From positions 39,493 to 103,492 of the forward strand of contig JAEDKA010000002.1 of the NCBI GenBank assembly GCA_016296065.1: a stretch of DNA of 64,000 bases. The letters run 5' to 3'. A program made the position numbers and the translations under genes. This document shows positions 45,622-55,896 of this stretch, one piece after another (the first letter of the stretch is position 1; every line of letters starts with the position of its first letter). The notes beneath the pieces are model-generated. The model saw nothing but the letters and a program-made list of their open reading frames with translations. It did not search any database and had not been told where the DNA came from. The stretch is from Kiritimatiellia bacterium (GTDB lineage: Bacteria > Verrucomicrobiota > Kiritimatiellia > RFP12 > UBA1067).

Positions 45622-48600
45622 ATGAACAGAGCAAATGCTATGATTTTGGCCGCCGCTGCCGCCATCGCTGGCGCGTTCACGTGCGCATGGGCGGAGGTGT
45701 CGCTGCCCGTCGTCACAAACATGGTGCTGCCGGAGGGGGTCGCGCAGGCGCGCTTCTCGAATGTGTTCGGAAGCGACATGGTCCTTCAGCGCGACTGCGA
45801 GATTCCGGTCTGGGGCTTCGCGCCGCAGGGCACGGCGGTTAGGGTCTCGCTCGACGGAGGCGCGCCGCTCTCCGCGACGGCAGATTCCACCGGACGCTGG
45901 ATCGTGACCTTCCCCGCGATCGCCACCCCGGGCGGAAGCCACACGCTCGCGCTTTCCGCCGACGGGCAGGCCGACGTCGTTCTCGCCAACATAGCGATCG
46001 GCGACGTATGGCTGTGCACGGGCCAGTCCAACATGGAGATGAGCATCTCCTGGGGCAATGTCGTCGGACAGGACGAGGCGCTTGCAGCCGCCGCGAATTC
46101 CCCAAACCTGCGCTTCTACATTGTGCCGCGCACGTCGGACAGGAGTGCGCCCCATGCGGACGTGAAGCCAGGGCTCTACGTCAACGACGGAGAGTCCAAT
46201 CCCACGGACCAGACGGTCGGCGTGTGGAAGGTGAGCAGCAGCGACTATGCAAAAGTGTTCTCCGCCGCCGGTCTCTTCTTTGCGCTGAAGCTCCAGTCCG
46301 AGAACATCGGCGTCCCGATCGGACTAGTCTCGTCGTGCAAGGGCGGAACCGACATCGAGGCATGGATGTCCGCGGAACGCTACAATTCTCTCTCCGGCAT
46401 AACGAAGCGCAATTTCAGCGGCGACAGGTTCAACCCGATGACGTTCCCGCTCTTCCCGATGGCCGTCAAGGGCGCGATATGGTACCAGGGCTGCAATAAC
46501 GTCTGGGCCGGCAACCAGAAAGACTACGATGTCCTCCTGCCGGCGATGGTTGACGAGTGGCGCCGTAATTTCACAAGCGCAGGCGGAAGTTTCCCGTTCT
46601 ACATCGTCGCGCTTTCCGCCGCCGAGCGCTCGACCACCTCGACCCCCATCGAGTCGGGTTGGGCGGAGATGCGCTGGATACAGCACCGGCTCGGCGAGAG
46701 CATTTCAAACAGCGGAACGATCGCCACCGTCGACGTCGGAGGCGATCTCCATCCGGCGGACAAGCGGACGGTCGGCGACCGTCTCGCGCGAATGGCGCTG
46801 GCCAGGACATACGGGCGCACGGGCTTCACGGACGGCGGACCGCGTCCGACAGGCGCCGTCGGCTTCGGTGACACCGTCGTCGTGTCTTTCGCCAACGCGG
46901 CGCATCTAGCGACGACGGACGGGGAGTATCCTAGCGGATTCCAGATCGCCGGCGCCGACAGGGTGTTCAGGTGGGCCGAGGCCGCCATCGTGGGCGACAA
47001 GGTGCATGTCTACGCTCCGGCCGGCATGACGGCCGCATACGTCCGCCATGCGTGGGACTCGTATCCTGTGCGCAATCTCGTCGGCGACGACGGAATCCCT
47101 TGCGACGCCTTCGAGCTCGCCGCGGCGAATCCGTCTGCGGGCGAAGTGCGTCCTCCATCTCTCCGCGACGTGCGCGTTGCCTGCGATGCAGCTACCCGCG
47201 CGTGGAGCGGATCGCTCAGGCTCCAGAGGCTTGGCGGCGACACTGCAGCGGGCACGCAGGTGTATGTCGCATACGGAACCTCCGACGGAGGCGGCGCGAG
47301 GTCCGGATGGCAGAACGTGTTCCAGATTCCCGGCACGACGTCGGTAGGGGAGTATGCCTTTCGGCTTTCCGGCATTTCCGCCGGCACGAAATATTTTCTG
47401 AAGGCATTTGTGGAGAACGGCGCAGTCGCGACGAGCGGCGAGACGCTGTCGTTTCTTGCGCCGACTGCCGCGGATGCGGATCCCGCCGCGGACATCGCGG
47501 AAAACTCCTGGTCGCTCTCTCCTGTGACCGGAGCGGCGTATGCAGGGATTGATTCGTCGAAGAAGTACGCGCTCGCGCTGAATTTCGGACCTGACTACGC
47601 CGTCAACGGCGATGACAGCTTTGTGGACACGACGGAATATGCGCCGTCGTACACAGCCGTCAACGGAGTTTCCTTCCTGAACATGCGAGGATCCGACACA
47701 ACCGTAAACACAGCGCCTTCCGGCGTGACATGGTCGGGATTCACCTGGTTCACGGGCAGGCCGGAAACATCGCCGACAATCGCCGCGAGCGATCCGCTAT
47801 CGAGGCTTCTCCGCGGCGAGTCGGACTGCGCCTACCTGTCGCCCAGGATTGTCATTGGCGGACTGAGAGCCGGCGCACTTTACGAAGTGTGCCTGTTCAA
47901 CGCGGCGCTCGCGAACGTGAAGGGCGAGGCGACCGTGTTCACCGTCGGCGAACAGTCCGATTCATCCGCGCCGTTCTCGTTCTCCTTTGCGCAGTACAAT
48001 CCATTCGGAGACGGGAGGCCGCGCGAGAATGTGCTGAAGTTCCGCAGGCGCGCGAATGCGAACGGAGCGCTGGTGTGGTCCACGGACAGGCATGACAACG
48101 CCCCCTATCTCTACTTCGCGCTGACCGTTCGGTCACTTGACGGCGAACCAGATCCCGACCCCGATCCCGACCCTGACCCCGATCCCGATCCCGACCCAGA
48201 CCCAGAACCCGATCCCGACCCTGACCCAGATCCAGATCCGGCACCGGTTTCCGGGGAAAACATCGTAACCTCTGGCGGGTTTCAGATCGAGAAGAAGCTG
48301 ATGGGAGCATTCGTTCCGCCGGACTGGCATTACGAAGGGGTGTCGTACACGGATCTCGCCTCCGCTCTAGCCGATTCCGGAGATCACTGGAGCATGTCCG
48401 GGTCGTATGCCGTTATCGCTGGCTACATTGGTGATGCCGAGAAGGGGGACTTCAACTACGACGGGTTCGGGACGACAGGAGGCGCTACTGACGGAGGATT
48501 CCCGGCGGGTCGCGGGCAGTGGGAGGGTTGTACACTCTTCACCTGCACGGCAACGCTCGTCGTTCCCGCGGCAGGCAAGTGGACGTTTGCGCTCGGTGCG

Positions 48601-49098
48601 GCGGTCGGGTCTGATTTCGCCATGTCGATGGAGGGGGGCGGCGCGACGTTTGCGATGTCCACGGCGGACTACGATTCCGGGACGAGGCGTGCCGTCAAGA
48701 CGTTCGACTTCCCGGCGGCCGGGAGCTATTCGTTTTCGCTGCAGCTGTACCGCAACGCGTCCGGTGTTGCGTTCATGGAGCTTTCCTGCGCGAAGGGCGA
48801 GGTCGCGGCGTCAGCGTTCTCGACGGACACTTTCCATCTCGTCGGGCTTGAGGGGACCGCGCCTGAAGTCGAAGCTCCCGTCGCGGGGAAGATAGACGTT
48901 TCCGGCGGCAAGGTGACTGTAAGCATCGGCAACGCAAAGGCCGGAGTCCGCTACGGCTACAGGTTCGCCGAGCGTCTGCAGGACATCGACTCTGCCGAAA
49001 TCGTCTGGCTTGACGGCGCGGACGTAGCGGACGGGGAGCTGTTGATCGAGCTGAACGTAGTGAGGCCTTCCGGATTCTTGCGTCTCGTAGCTGAATGA
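45622..49098 (+). CDS. sialate O-acetylesterase-family (SASA/DUF303) protein with DP-repeat linker and C-terminal beta-sandwich domains
   Basis: GDVWLCTGQSNME motif; signal peptide; (D/E)P repeat at 48139-48240. Confidence 0.75.
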   Translation: MNRANAMILAAAAAIAGAFTCAWAEVSLPVVTNMVLPEGVAQARFSNVFGSDMVLQRDCEIPVWGFAPQGTAVRVSLDGGAPLSATADSTGRWIVTFPAIATPGGSHTLALSADGQADVVLANIAIGDVWLCTGQSNMEMSISWGNVVGQDEALAAAANSPNLRFYIVPRTSDRSAPHADVKPGLYVNDGESNPTDQTVGVWKVSSSDYAKVFSAAGLFFALKLQSENIGVPIGLVSSCKGGTDIEAWMSAERYNSLSGITKRNFSGDRFNPMTFPLFPMAVKGAIWYQGCNNVWAGNQKDYDVLLPAMVDEWRRNFTSAGGSFPFYIVALSAAERSTTSTPIESGWAEMRWIQHRLGESISNSGTIATVDVGGDLHPADKRTVGDRLARMALARTYGRTGFTDGGPRPTGAVGFGDTVVVSFANAAHLATTDGEYPSGFQIAGADRVFRWAEAAIVGDKVHVYAPAGMTAAYVRHAWDSYPVRNLVGDDGIPCDAFELAAANPSAGEVRPPSLRDVRVACDAATRAWSGSLRLQRLGGDTAAGTQVYVAYGTSDGGGARSGWQNVFQIPGTTSVGEYAFRLSGISAGTKYFLKAFVENGAVATSGETLSFLAPTAADADPAADIAENSWSLSPVTGAAYAGIDSSKKYALALNFGPDYAVNGDDSFVDTTEYAPSYTAVNGVSFLNMRGSDTTVNTAPSGVTWSGFTWFTGRPETSPTIAASDPLSRLLRGESDCAYLSPRIVIGGLRAGALYEVCLFNAALANVKGEATVFTVGEQSDSSAPFSFSFAQYNPFGDGRPRENVLKFRRRANANGALVWSTDRHDNAPYLYFALTVRSLDGEPDPDPDPDPDPDPDPDPDPEPDPDPDPDPDPAPVSGENIVTSGGFQIEKKLMGAFVPPDWHYEGVSYTDLASALADSGDHWSMSGSYAVIAGYIGDAEKGDFNYDGFGTTGGATDGGFPAGRGQWEGCTLFTCTATLVVPAAGKWTFALGAAVGSDFAMSMEGGGATFAMSTADYDSGTRRAVKTFDFPAAGSYSFSLQLYRNASGVAFMELSCAKGEVAASAFSTDTFHLVGLEGTAPEVEAPVAGKIDVSGGKVTVSIGNAKAGVRYGYRFAERLQDIDSAEIVWLDGADVADGELLIELNVVRPSGFLRLVAE

Positions 49099-49157
49099 CC
49101 GCTATGCCGTATTTTTGGTATAATAGCGGGAAACGGCAAGGAGACGATGGAATATAG

Positions 49158-52100
49158 ATGGCTGACGAACTGACCCCAATGCAGCGGCAGTATCTCGCGC
49201 TGAAGCGCGAGATACCCCCGGGCGCGATACTGATGTTCCGCCTCGGCGACTTTTACGAGATGTTCGGGGAGGACGCGGTCGTCGCGTCCCCTATACTCGG
49301 CGCGACGTTGACGCACCGCGGCAGCCAGCCGATGTGCGGCGTCCCGTACCACGCCCTCAACAGCTACCTCGCGAAGCTCATCCGCGCCGGCAAGACTGCC
49401 GCGCTCTGCGACCAGGTGGAGGATCCTAAGACGGCGAAGGGGCTCGTCCGCCGCGAGATCACCCGCATCGTCACGCCCGGCACCGTCACAGAGGACGGAC
49501 TCCTCGACGAGACCGTCAACAACTACGTCGCCGCTGTGCACGGGCTTGGGCTTGCGCTTCTCGACCTCGCGACCGGCGAGTTCACCGTCGAGTCGTTCGC
49601 AACGCAGGCGAAGTTCGACGAGGCGATGGAGCGGTACCGTCCGGCGGAGACGCTTGCCGAGACGGAGGAGAACCGCTGGACCTTCGCGCTCGACGCGGCG
49701 ACGGACGTCCTCACGCGCCACTTCAAGGTGCTTTCGCTGGACGGATTCGGACTCGAGGGGAAGGGCGACCTCATATCGGCGGCGGGTGCGCTTCTGTACT
49801 ACGTCGGCACGACGCTGCGCCATTCCATAGCGCACGTCAGGAAGCTTGCGATACGACAGTCGGACGACGCGCTCGTCCTTGACGCGGGGACTCTGCGCCA
49901 CCTGCAGCTCGTGCCGGGAGGGGACGTTCCCAAGGCGGCGTCGCTCCTCGGAGTCCTCGACGTCACCAGGACCCCCATGGGCGCGCGCACGCTCAGGAAC
50001 TGGACGGTGCGTCCGCTCGCTCGCTCCGCCGACGTCAACGCGCGGCTGGACCGCGTGCAGGCGTTCGTAGACGACCGCGGCACACTTGCCGCGCTCAGGA
50101 GGCTCCTTACGGGTGTGCGCGACCTCGAGAGGCTCGTGCAGAAGGTCGACTCGATGCGGGCGAATCCGCGCGACCTCAGGGCGCTTGCGGATTCGCTGCG
50201 TCCGATACCGGAGATTGTCGACATTCTTCGTGCCGTGACGCGGCGGGACGCCGCATCTCCTTGTGTTGGTGGGGCGCTTGGTGTTGTGACGCGGCAGGAT
50301 GCCGCATCTCCTTGTGTTGGTGGGGCGCTTGGCGCTGTGACGCGGCGGGACGCCGCATCTCCTTGCGGTGGTGAGGCGCTTGCGCCGCAGCCGGACGTCG
50401 TTTCGCTGATTGACCGCGCGATAGTCGAGGAGCCGCCGGCGCTTCTCGCGGACGGAGGCTTCATCGCGCCGGGATACGACCAGGAGCTGGACGAGCTCCG
50501 CGAGATATCGCACGAGGGGCACAAGTGGCTCGCGGAGTTCCAGGCGCGCGAGCAGGCGCGTACGGGCATCACGAAGCTGAAGGTCAAGCACGTGTCGACG
50601 TTCGGATTCGTCATCGAGATTCCCAAGGGATCCGTCTCGCAGGCGCCGGAGGACTACATCCGCCGCCAGACGCTGACGACGGGCGAGCGCTACACGACGC
50701 CAGAGCTGAAGGAGTACGAGTCCAAGGTGCTCGGCGCGCAGGAGAAGTCGATCGCGATAGAGCAGCGGCTCTTCAGGGAGATGCTTGCGACGATCGCGGC
50801 GAAGACGGTGGAGATTCAGGACACCGCGCTCGCGATAGGCGACCTCGATGCCACGCTGGCGCTGGCGGACCGCGCGCTCGCTGCGGGGTACGTGAGGCCG
50901 GTCGTCGACGATTCGGACGTTCTCGAGATCAGGGACGGGAGGCATCCGATAATCGAGCAGCTTCCCGACGCGGAACCGTTCGTCCCGAACTCGGCGTTCC
51001 TGAACACGACGACGGACCAGATAATGCTCATCACCGGGCCGAACATGGCCGGAAAGTCGACGTACATCCGCCAGGTCGCGACGATTGCGGTGATGGCGCA
51101 GATGGGCTCGTTCGTGCCCGCGTCGTCGATGCGGCTCGGAGTGCTGGACCGGGTGTTCACGCGCATCGGCGCGGGAGACGACCTCGCGCGCGGGCGGTCC
51201 ACGTTCCTCGTCGAGATGCAGGAGACCGCGAACATCCTCAACAACGCGACGCCGAAGTCGCTCATCGTCCTCGACGAGATCGGACGCGGCACGTCCACTT
51301 TCGACGGAATCTCAATCGCTTGGTCCGTGGCGGAGTACCTTCACGGCAACGCGCGCTCGAAGGCGAAGACGCTTTTCGCGACGCACTACCACGAGCTCAC
51401 CGACCTGGCGGACACCTTCAAGGGCGTGAAGAACTACACGGTGAAGGTGAAGGAGGAGGGTTCGCGCGTCGTCTTCCTGAGGCGCATTGCTCCCGGAGTC
51501 GCGGAGAAGAGCTTCGGCATCCACGTCGGCGCGATGGCGGGGCTTCCGCAGGAGGTCGTAGCGCGCGCGTCGCAGATACTGAAGAACCTCGAGGCGAACG
51601 AGATCGACGTCAACGCGAAGGAAAAAGCGGTGAGGCGTCCGAGAAAGCGGCTTTCCGACCTTCCGGGGCAGATGACGTTCTTCTCTATCGCCGTTGCGCT
51701 GTCGCTCGTGTTCCAGTGCGGCGCGGCGACGACGATACACAGGAGCTTCCGGAACAGGGACACGGGGTATGTCAACGGCGCGACGCCCGGCTTTTCGGCT
51801 CCGTCGGCCCGCAAGTCGACCGGCGCATCGTCCGTTCCGAAGGCCGTAAGGGGCAAGTCGCCGAACAAGCTGATGGGAAAGCTTGGCGAAGTGGTGGACG
51901 GCGGTCTCATCAGCGTAGTCGACGGATCGGGGAATACCCATGCCGTCTCGCTGAGGCACATCGACGCGCCGGCGGCGGACCAGCCGTTCGGTCCGGAGGC
52001 CGCGAAGTTCCTCGGCGACCTGCTGCGCGGGAAGGAGATCGAGGTGCTATGGACGAAAAAAGACGCCGCAGGCGCGATTTCCGGCGATGTATACTACAGG

Positions 52101-52286
52101 CACGAGAAGTTCGGGATGGTCGACGCCAACATGACGATGGTGAAGAACGGCGCGGCGTGGCAGGCCTACAGGGACACGGAAAAGACATACGCGGCGGCGG
52201 AAAAGGAGGCGCGCGCGGCGAAGCGCGGGCTTTGGTCCGCGCCGAAGCCAGTGAGGCCGTCCGAATGGCGAAAGAGGAAGAAATGA
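49158..52286 (+). CDS. mutS: DNA mismatch repair protein MutS with internal tandem repeats and a C-terminal staphylococcal-nuclease-like (SNase) domain
   Basis: GPNMAGKSTYIRQ Walker A; DEIGRGTSTFDG; C-terminal ~190 aa with SNase motifs (VVDGSGNTHAVSLRHIDAPAADQPFG…AKRGLW) and no intervening stop. Confidence 0.85.
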   Translation: MADELTPMQRQYLALKREIPPGAILMFRLGDFYEMFGEDAVVASPILGATLTHRGSQPMCGVPYHALNSYLAKLIRAGKTAALCDQVEDPKTAKGLVRREITRIVTPGTVTEDGLLDETVNNYVAAVHGLGLALLDLATGEFTVESFATQAKFDEAMERYRPAETLAETEENRWTFALDAATDVLTRHFKVLSLDGFGLEGKGDLISAAGALLYYVGTTLRHSIAHVRKLAIRQSDDALVLDAGTLRHLQLVPGGDVPKAASLLGVLDVTRTPMGARTLRNWTVRPLARSADVNARLDRVQAFVDDRGTLAALRRLLTGVRDLERLVQKVDSMRANPRDLRALADSLRPIPEIVDILRAVTRRDAASPCVGGALGVVTRQDAASPCVGGALGAVTRRDAASPCGGEALAPQPDVVSLIDRAIVEEPPALLADGGFIAPGYDQELDELREISHEGHKWLAEFQAREQARTGITKLKVKHVSTFGFVIEIPKGSVSQAPEDYIRRQTLTTGERYTTPELKEYESKVLGAQEKSIAIEQRLFREMLATIAAKTVEIQDTALAIGDLDATLALADRALAAGYVRPVVDDSDVLEIRDGRHPIIEQLPDAEPFVPNSAFLNTTTDQIMLITGPNMAGKSTYIRQVATIAVMAQMGSFVPASSMRLGVLDRVFTRIGAGDDLARGRSTFLVEMQETANILNNATPKSLIVLDEIGRGTSTFDGISIAWSVAEYLHGNARSKAKTLFATHYHELTDLADTFKGVKNYTVKVKEEGSRVVFLRRIAPGVAEKSFGIHVGAMAGLPQEVVARASQILKNLEANEIDVNAKEKAVRRPRKRLSDLPGQMTFFSIAVALSLVFQCGAATTIHRSFRNRDTGYVNGATPGFSAPSARKSTGASSVPKAVRGKSPNKLMGKLGEVVDGGLISVVDGSGNTHAVSLRHIDAPAADQPFGPEAAKFLGDLLRGKEIEVLWTKKDAAGAISGDVYYRHEKFGMVDANMTMVKNGAAWQAYRDTEKTYAAAEKEARAAKRGLWSAPKPVRPSEWRKRKK
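50236..50388 (+). repeat. 3 x 51-bp in-frame tandem repeat inside mutS (17-aa repeat VTRRDAASPCVGGALGV)
   Basis: three consecutive near-identical 51-mers. Confidence 0.75.
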
Positions 52287-52372
52287 GGAAAAATGCAAAT
52301 CCCCCCTTGAAACCCAAGGGCATTTTTCGCTATAATATGTATTCATTTGTGAGAAAAAAGGACAAATAGAAA

Positions 52373-54475
52373 ATGGCAAAGCGTGACATTCCGCTCGATC
52401 ATGTGAGAAACTTCGGCATTATGGCCCACATCGACGGTGGCAAGACCACCACGTCGGAGCGTATTCTCTACTATTCGGGCAAGAACTACAAGATCGGCGA
52501 GGTGCATGACGGCGCCGCGACGATGGACTTCATGGTGCAGGAGCAGGAGCGCGGCATCACGATTCAGTCCGCCGCGACGTGCGTTCAGTGGGGCGACTAC
52601 CGCCTGTCGCTGATCGACACTCCCGGACACGTCGACTTCACGGCTGAGGTGGAGCGCTCGCTCCGCGTTCTCGACGGCGCCGTGGCTCTCTACTGCGCGG
52701 TCGGCGGCGTGCAGCCCCAGTCCGAGCAGGTGTGGCGCCAGTCCGAGAAGTACAAGGTGCCGAAGATCGCGTTCGTCAACAAGATGGACCGCGTCGGCGC
52801 GAACTTCTACAGCGTCATGGAGCAGATGAAGAACCAGCTCGGCGCGAACCCGGTTCCGGTCGTCATCCCGATCGGCGCGGCGGAGTCGTTCGAGGGTGTC
52901 ATCGACCTCATCAAGATGAAGGCGCTCTACTTCGACATGAAGAGCCTCGGCAAGACGGTCCTCGAGAAGGACATCCCCGAGGAGTACGTCGAGAAGGCCA
53001 AGGAGTGGCGCCAGAAGATGCTCGAGAGCGCGGCCGAGCAGGACGATGCGCTTATGGAGAAGTTCTTCGCGGGCGAGGAGCTCACGAACGAGGAGATCGA
53101 GATGGGCCTCCGCAAGGGTTGCCTCTCCCGCGCCATCACTCCCGCGTTCTGCGGCACGGCGTTCAAGGACAAGGGCATCCAGCCGCTCCTCGACGGCGTG
53201 TGCAAGTATCTTCCCTCCCCGCTCGACGCGGGCGCTGCGGTTTCGCAGGACAACCCCGACGAGAAGCGCGAGGTCAGCGACGATGCGCCTTTCTGCGGTC
53301 TTGCGTTCAAGATCATGAACGACCCGAAGTCCGGCGGCAAGATCACGTTCGTGCGCGTCTACTCGGGCACGATGAAGCTTGGCGCCGAGATGCTCGACTC
53401 CACGATCAACAAGGAGCAGCGCATCTCCCGTCTCTTCCGCATGCACGCCGCCAAGCAGGAGCCTCTCGACGAGGCGCATGCCGGCGACATCGTCGCGTGC
53501 GTCGGCCTCACCGAGACCAGGACGGGCGACACGCTCTGCGACCCCGAGCATCCGATCACGCTCGAGTCCATCGACTTCCCCGCGCCCGTCATCTCGGTCG
53601 CCGTCAAGCCGAAGAGCCGCGGCGACAACGAGAAGCTCGGCGTTGCGCTGCACGCGCTCGCGATGGAGGACCCGACGTTCGTCGTCAGCTTCGACCAGGA
53701 GACTTCCGAGACGATCATCGCCGGCATGGGCGAGCTCTACCTTGAGGTCATCGTCGACCGTCTGAAGCGCGAGTTCAACGTCGAGTGCGACGTGGGCGCC
53801 CCGCAGGTCGCGTACCGCGAGACGATCACGGTTCCGGTCGACAACGAGTACAAGCACGTCAAGCAGTCCGGCGGCCGCGGCCAGTACGCGCACGTCTGCC
53901 TCAAGCTCGCTCCGCAGGAGCCGGGCAAGGGCTTCGAGTTCGTCAACGAGGTCAAGGGCGGCGTGATTCCGACGGAGTACATCCCGGCGGTCGAGAAGGG
54001 CGTCCGCAAGGCGCTCGAGTCGGGTCCGCTCGCGGGCTTCCCGGTCGTGGACGTCAAGGCGACGGTCTACTTCGGTTCCTATCACGAAGTCGACTCGAAC
54101 GAATTCGCGTTCATCACCTGCGCGATGCAGTGCTTCAAGCAGGCGTTCATGAAGGCGAAGCCGCAGCTCCTCGAGCCGATGATGGACGTCGAGGTCGTGG
54201 TGCCCGAGCAGTACATGGGCGCGGCGAACGGCTCGATCAACCAGCGTCGTGGCCGCATCGAGGGCATGGAGGACCGCGCGGGCGTGAAGCTCCTCAAGGC
54301 GACGGTCCCGCTCGGCGAGATGTTCGGCTACTCGAACGCGATCCGCACCGTGACCCAGGGCCGCGGCTCCTTCACGATGATCTTCAAGCAGTACGAGCCC
54401 GTCCCGAAGAACATCGCGGCGGAGGTCGTCGAGAAGCGCATCAAGGAAGGCAAGGTCCGCCCGATGGCCGACTGA
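52373..54475 (+). CDS. fusA: translation elongation factor G
   Basis: [31 protein letters not shown]; full-length EF-G. Confidence 0.9.
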   Translation: MAKRDIPLDHVRNFGIMAHIDGGKTTTSERILYYSGKNYKIGEVHDGAATMDFMVQEQERGITIQSAATCVQWGDYRLSLIDTPGHVDFTAEVERSLRVLDGAVALYCAVGGVQPQSEQVWRQSEKYKVPKIAFVNKMDRVGANFYSVMEQMKNQLGANPVPVVIPIGAAESFEGVIDLIKMKALYFDMKSLGKTVLEKDIPEEYVEKAKEWRQKMLESAAEQDDALMEKFFAGEELTNEEIEMGLRKGCLSRAITPAFCGTAFKDKGIQPLLDGVCKYLPSPLDAGAAVSQDNPDEKREVSDDAPFCGLAFKIMNDPKSGGKITFVRVYSGTMKLGAEMLDSTINKEQRISRLFRMHAAKQEPLDEAHAGDIVACVGLTETRTGDTLCDPEHPITLESIDFPAPVISVAVKPKSRGDNEKLGVALHALAMEDPTFVVSFDQETSETIIAGMGELYLEVIVDRLKREFNVECDVGAPQVAYRETITVPVDNEYKHVKQSGGRGQYAHVCLKLAPQEPGKGFEFVNEVKGGVIPTEYIPAVEKGVRKALESGPLAGFPVVDVKATVYFGSYHEVDSNEFAFITCAMQCFKQAFMKAKPQLLEPMMDVEVVVPEQYMGAANGSINQRRGRIEGMEDRAGVKLLKATVPLGEMFGYSNAIRTVTQGRGSFTMIFKQYEPVPKNIAAEVVEKRIKEGKVRPMAD

Positions 54476-54494
54476 CCGTCGACGGGTCATTGAC

Positions 54495-54532
54495 CAAAAA
54501 AAGGCGCGGCGCATCTGCCGCGCCTTTTTTGC
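54495..54532 (+). terminator. rho-independent terminator after fusA
   Basis: aaggcgcggcgcatctgccgcgcc followed by tttttt. Confidence 0.65.
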
Positions 54533-54579
54533 TGTTTGGCACACGTCGGACGCAATATTTGGTATAATATTCGCCCGAT

Positions 54580-55896
54580 ATGAACAAACTGGCGATTGCT
54601 CTCAACAAGACACTTGCCGACGCTGCGGGATTTCTGTCCCCCGCCGGCAAGCGGATGTATTTTCCGTACGGCGGCATCCTCGGTCAGGGTGCTGAGGCGA
54701 AGACCTGCGACATCAACGCGACGGTCGGCATGGCGTTTGAGGAGGACGGGTCCCCTCTGGTCATGGACTGCTTCAGGACGGGCGTAAACCTCGACAAGAA
54801 GTCGTTCCTCTATGCAGGCAGCTTCGGTCTTCCCGCTCTGCGCAAGGCCTGGAAGGAGATGGAGTTCGTGAAGAATCCGTCCCTCAAGGGCAAGCGGTTC
54901 TCGTCACCCGTCGTGACCAACGCGCTGACGCACGGCATCCGCGTGTGCGCGGAGCTGTTCGCGGGTCCTTCCGACACGCTGGTCTGCCCCGACCTCTACT
55001 GGGACAACTACGAGCTCATATTCCAGGAGGCTGTCGGCTGCAAGATCGTCCACTTCAACACCTTCAGGCGCGGCGCGTTCGACGCGGCGGCGATGAAGGA
55101 GGCGCTTCTCGCCCCCGGCGCGAAGAAGATACTCATCCTCAACTTTCCCAACAACCCGACGGGCTACACGGCGACGCTTGAGGACGCGAAGAAGATCGTC
55201 TCGGCCGTGCGCGCGGCGGCGGCGAAGGGCAAACGCATCGTCGTGGTGTGCGACGACGCGTACTTCGGGCTCGTGTACGAGAAGGGCGTCCACGGCGAGT
55301 CGCTGTTCGCCGAGTTCGCGGACCTTCACCGGAACGTCCTCGCAGTCAAGCTCGACGGTACGACGAAGGAAGACTACGTCTGGGGTCTCCGCGTCGGCTT
55401 CGTCAGCTTCGCTTTCAAGGGCGCGACTGAGGATCAGCTCAAGGCGCTTGAGGCGAAGGCCGCCGGCAACGTGCGCTCGGGCATCTCCAACGCGACGGCG
55501 ATCGGGCAGCATCTCGCGATACGCGCGTTCGCCGATCCGGACTATGTCGCGCAGAAGCGAGAGAAGTTCGCCGTCCTCAAGAAGCGCTACCACGAGATTC
55601 GCGTCATCCTCAGGACGCATCCGGAGTATGCGAAGCACTTCGAGGCGATGCCGTTCAACTCGGGCTACTTCATGTGCGTGAAGCCCATCGGCGTGGAAGC
55701 CGAGAAGGTGCGCCGCCATCTGATAGAGAAGTACTCCGTAGGAACGATCGTCCTCTCGGGGCTCATCCGACTCGCGTTCTCGACCGTCCCGACCGCACGT
55801 CTGGGCAAGCTCTTCGCGTCCGTTGACGCGGCAATCGCCGACCTCGTCGGCGAAACCACGAAAACCAAAACCTCCAAGAGGAGAAATGCGAAATGA
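54580..55896 (+). CDS. class I/II PLP-dependent aminotransferase
   Basis: NFPNNPTGY and VCDDAYF motifs. Confidence 0.75.
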   Translation: MNKLAIALNKTLADAAGFLSPAGKRMYFPYGGILGQGAEAKTCDINATVGMAFEEDGSPLVMDCFRTGVNLDKKSFLYAGSFGLPALRKAWKEMEFVKNPSLKGKRFSSPVVTNALTHGIRVCAELFAGPSDTLVCPDLYWDNYELIFQEAVGCKIVHFNTFRRGAFDAAAMKEALLAPGAKKILILNFPNNPTGYTATLEDAKKIVSAVRAAAAKGKRIVVVCDDAYFGLVYEKGVHGESLFAEFADLHRNVLAVKLDGTTKEDYVWGLRVGFVSFAFKGATEDQLKALEAKAAGNVRSGISNATAIGQHLAIRAFADPDYVAQKREKFAVLKKRYHEIRVILRTHPEYAKHFEAMPFNSGYFMCVKPIGVEAEKVRRHLIEKYSVGTIVLSGLIRLAFSTVPTARLGKLFASVDAAIADLVGETTKTKTSKRRNAK

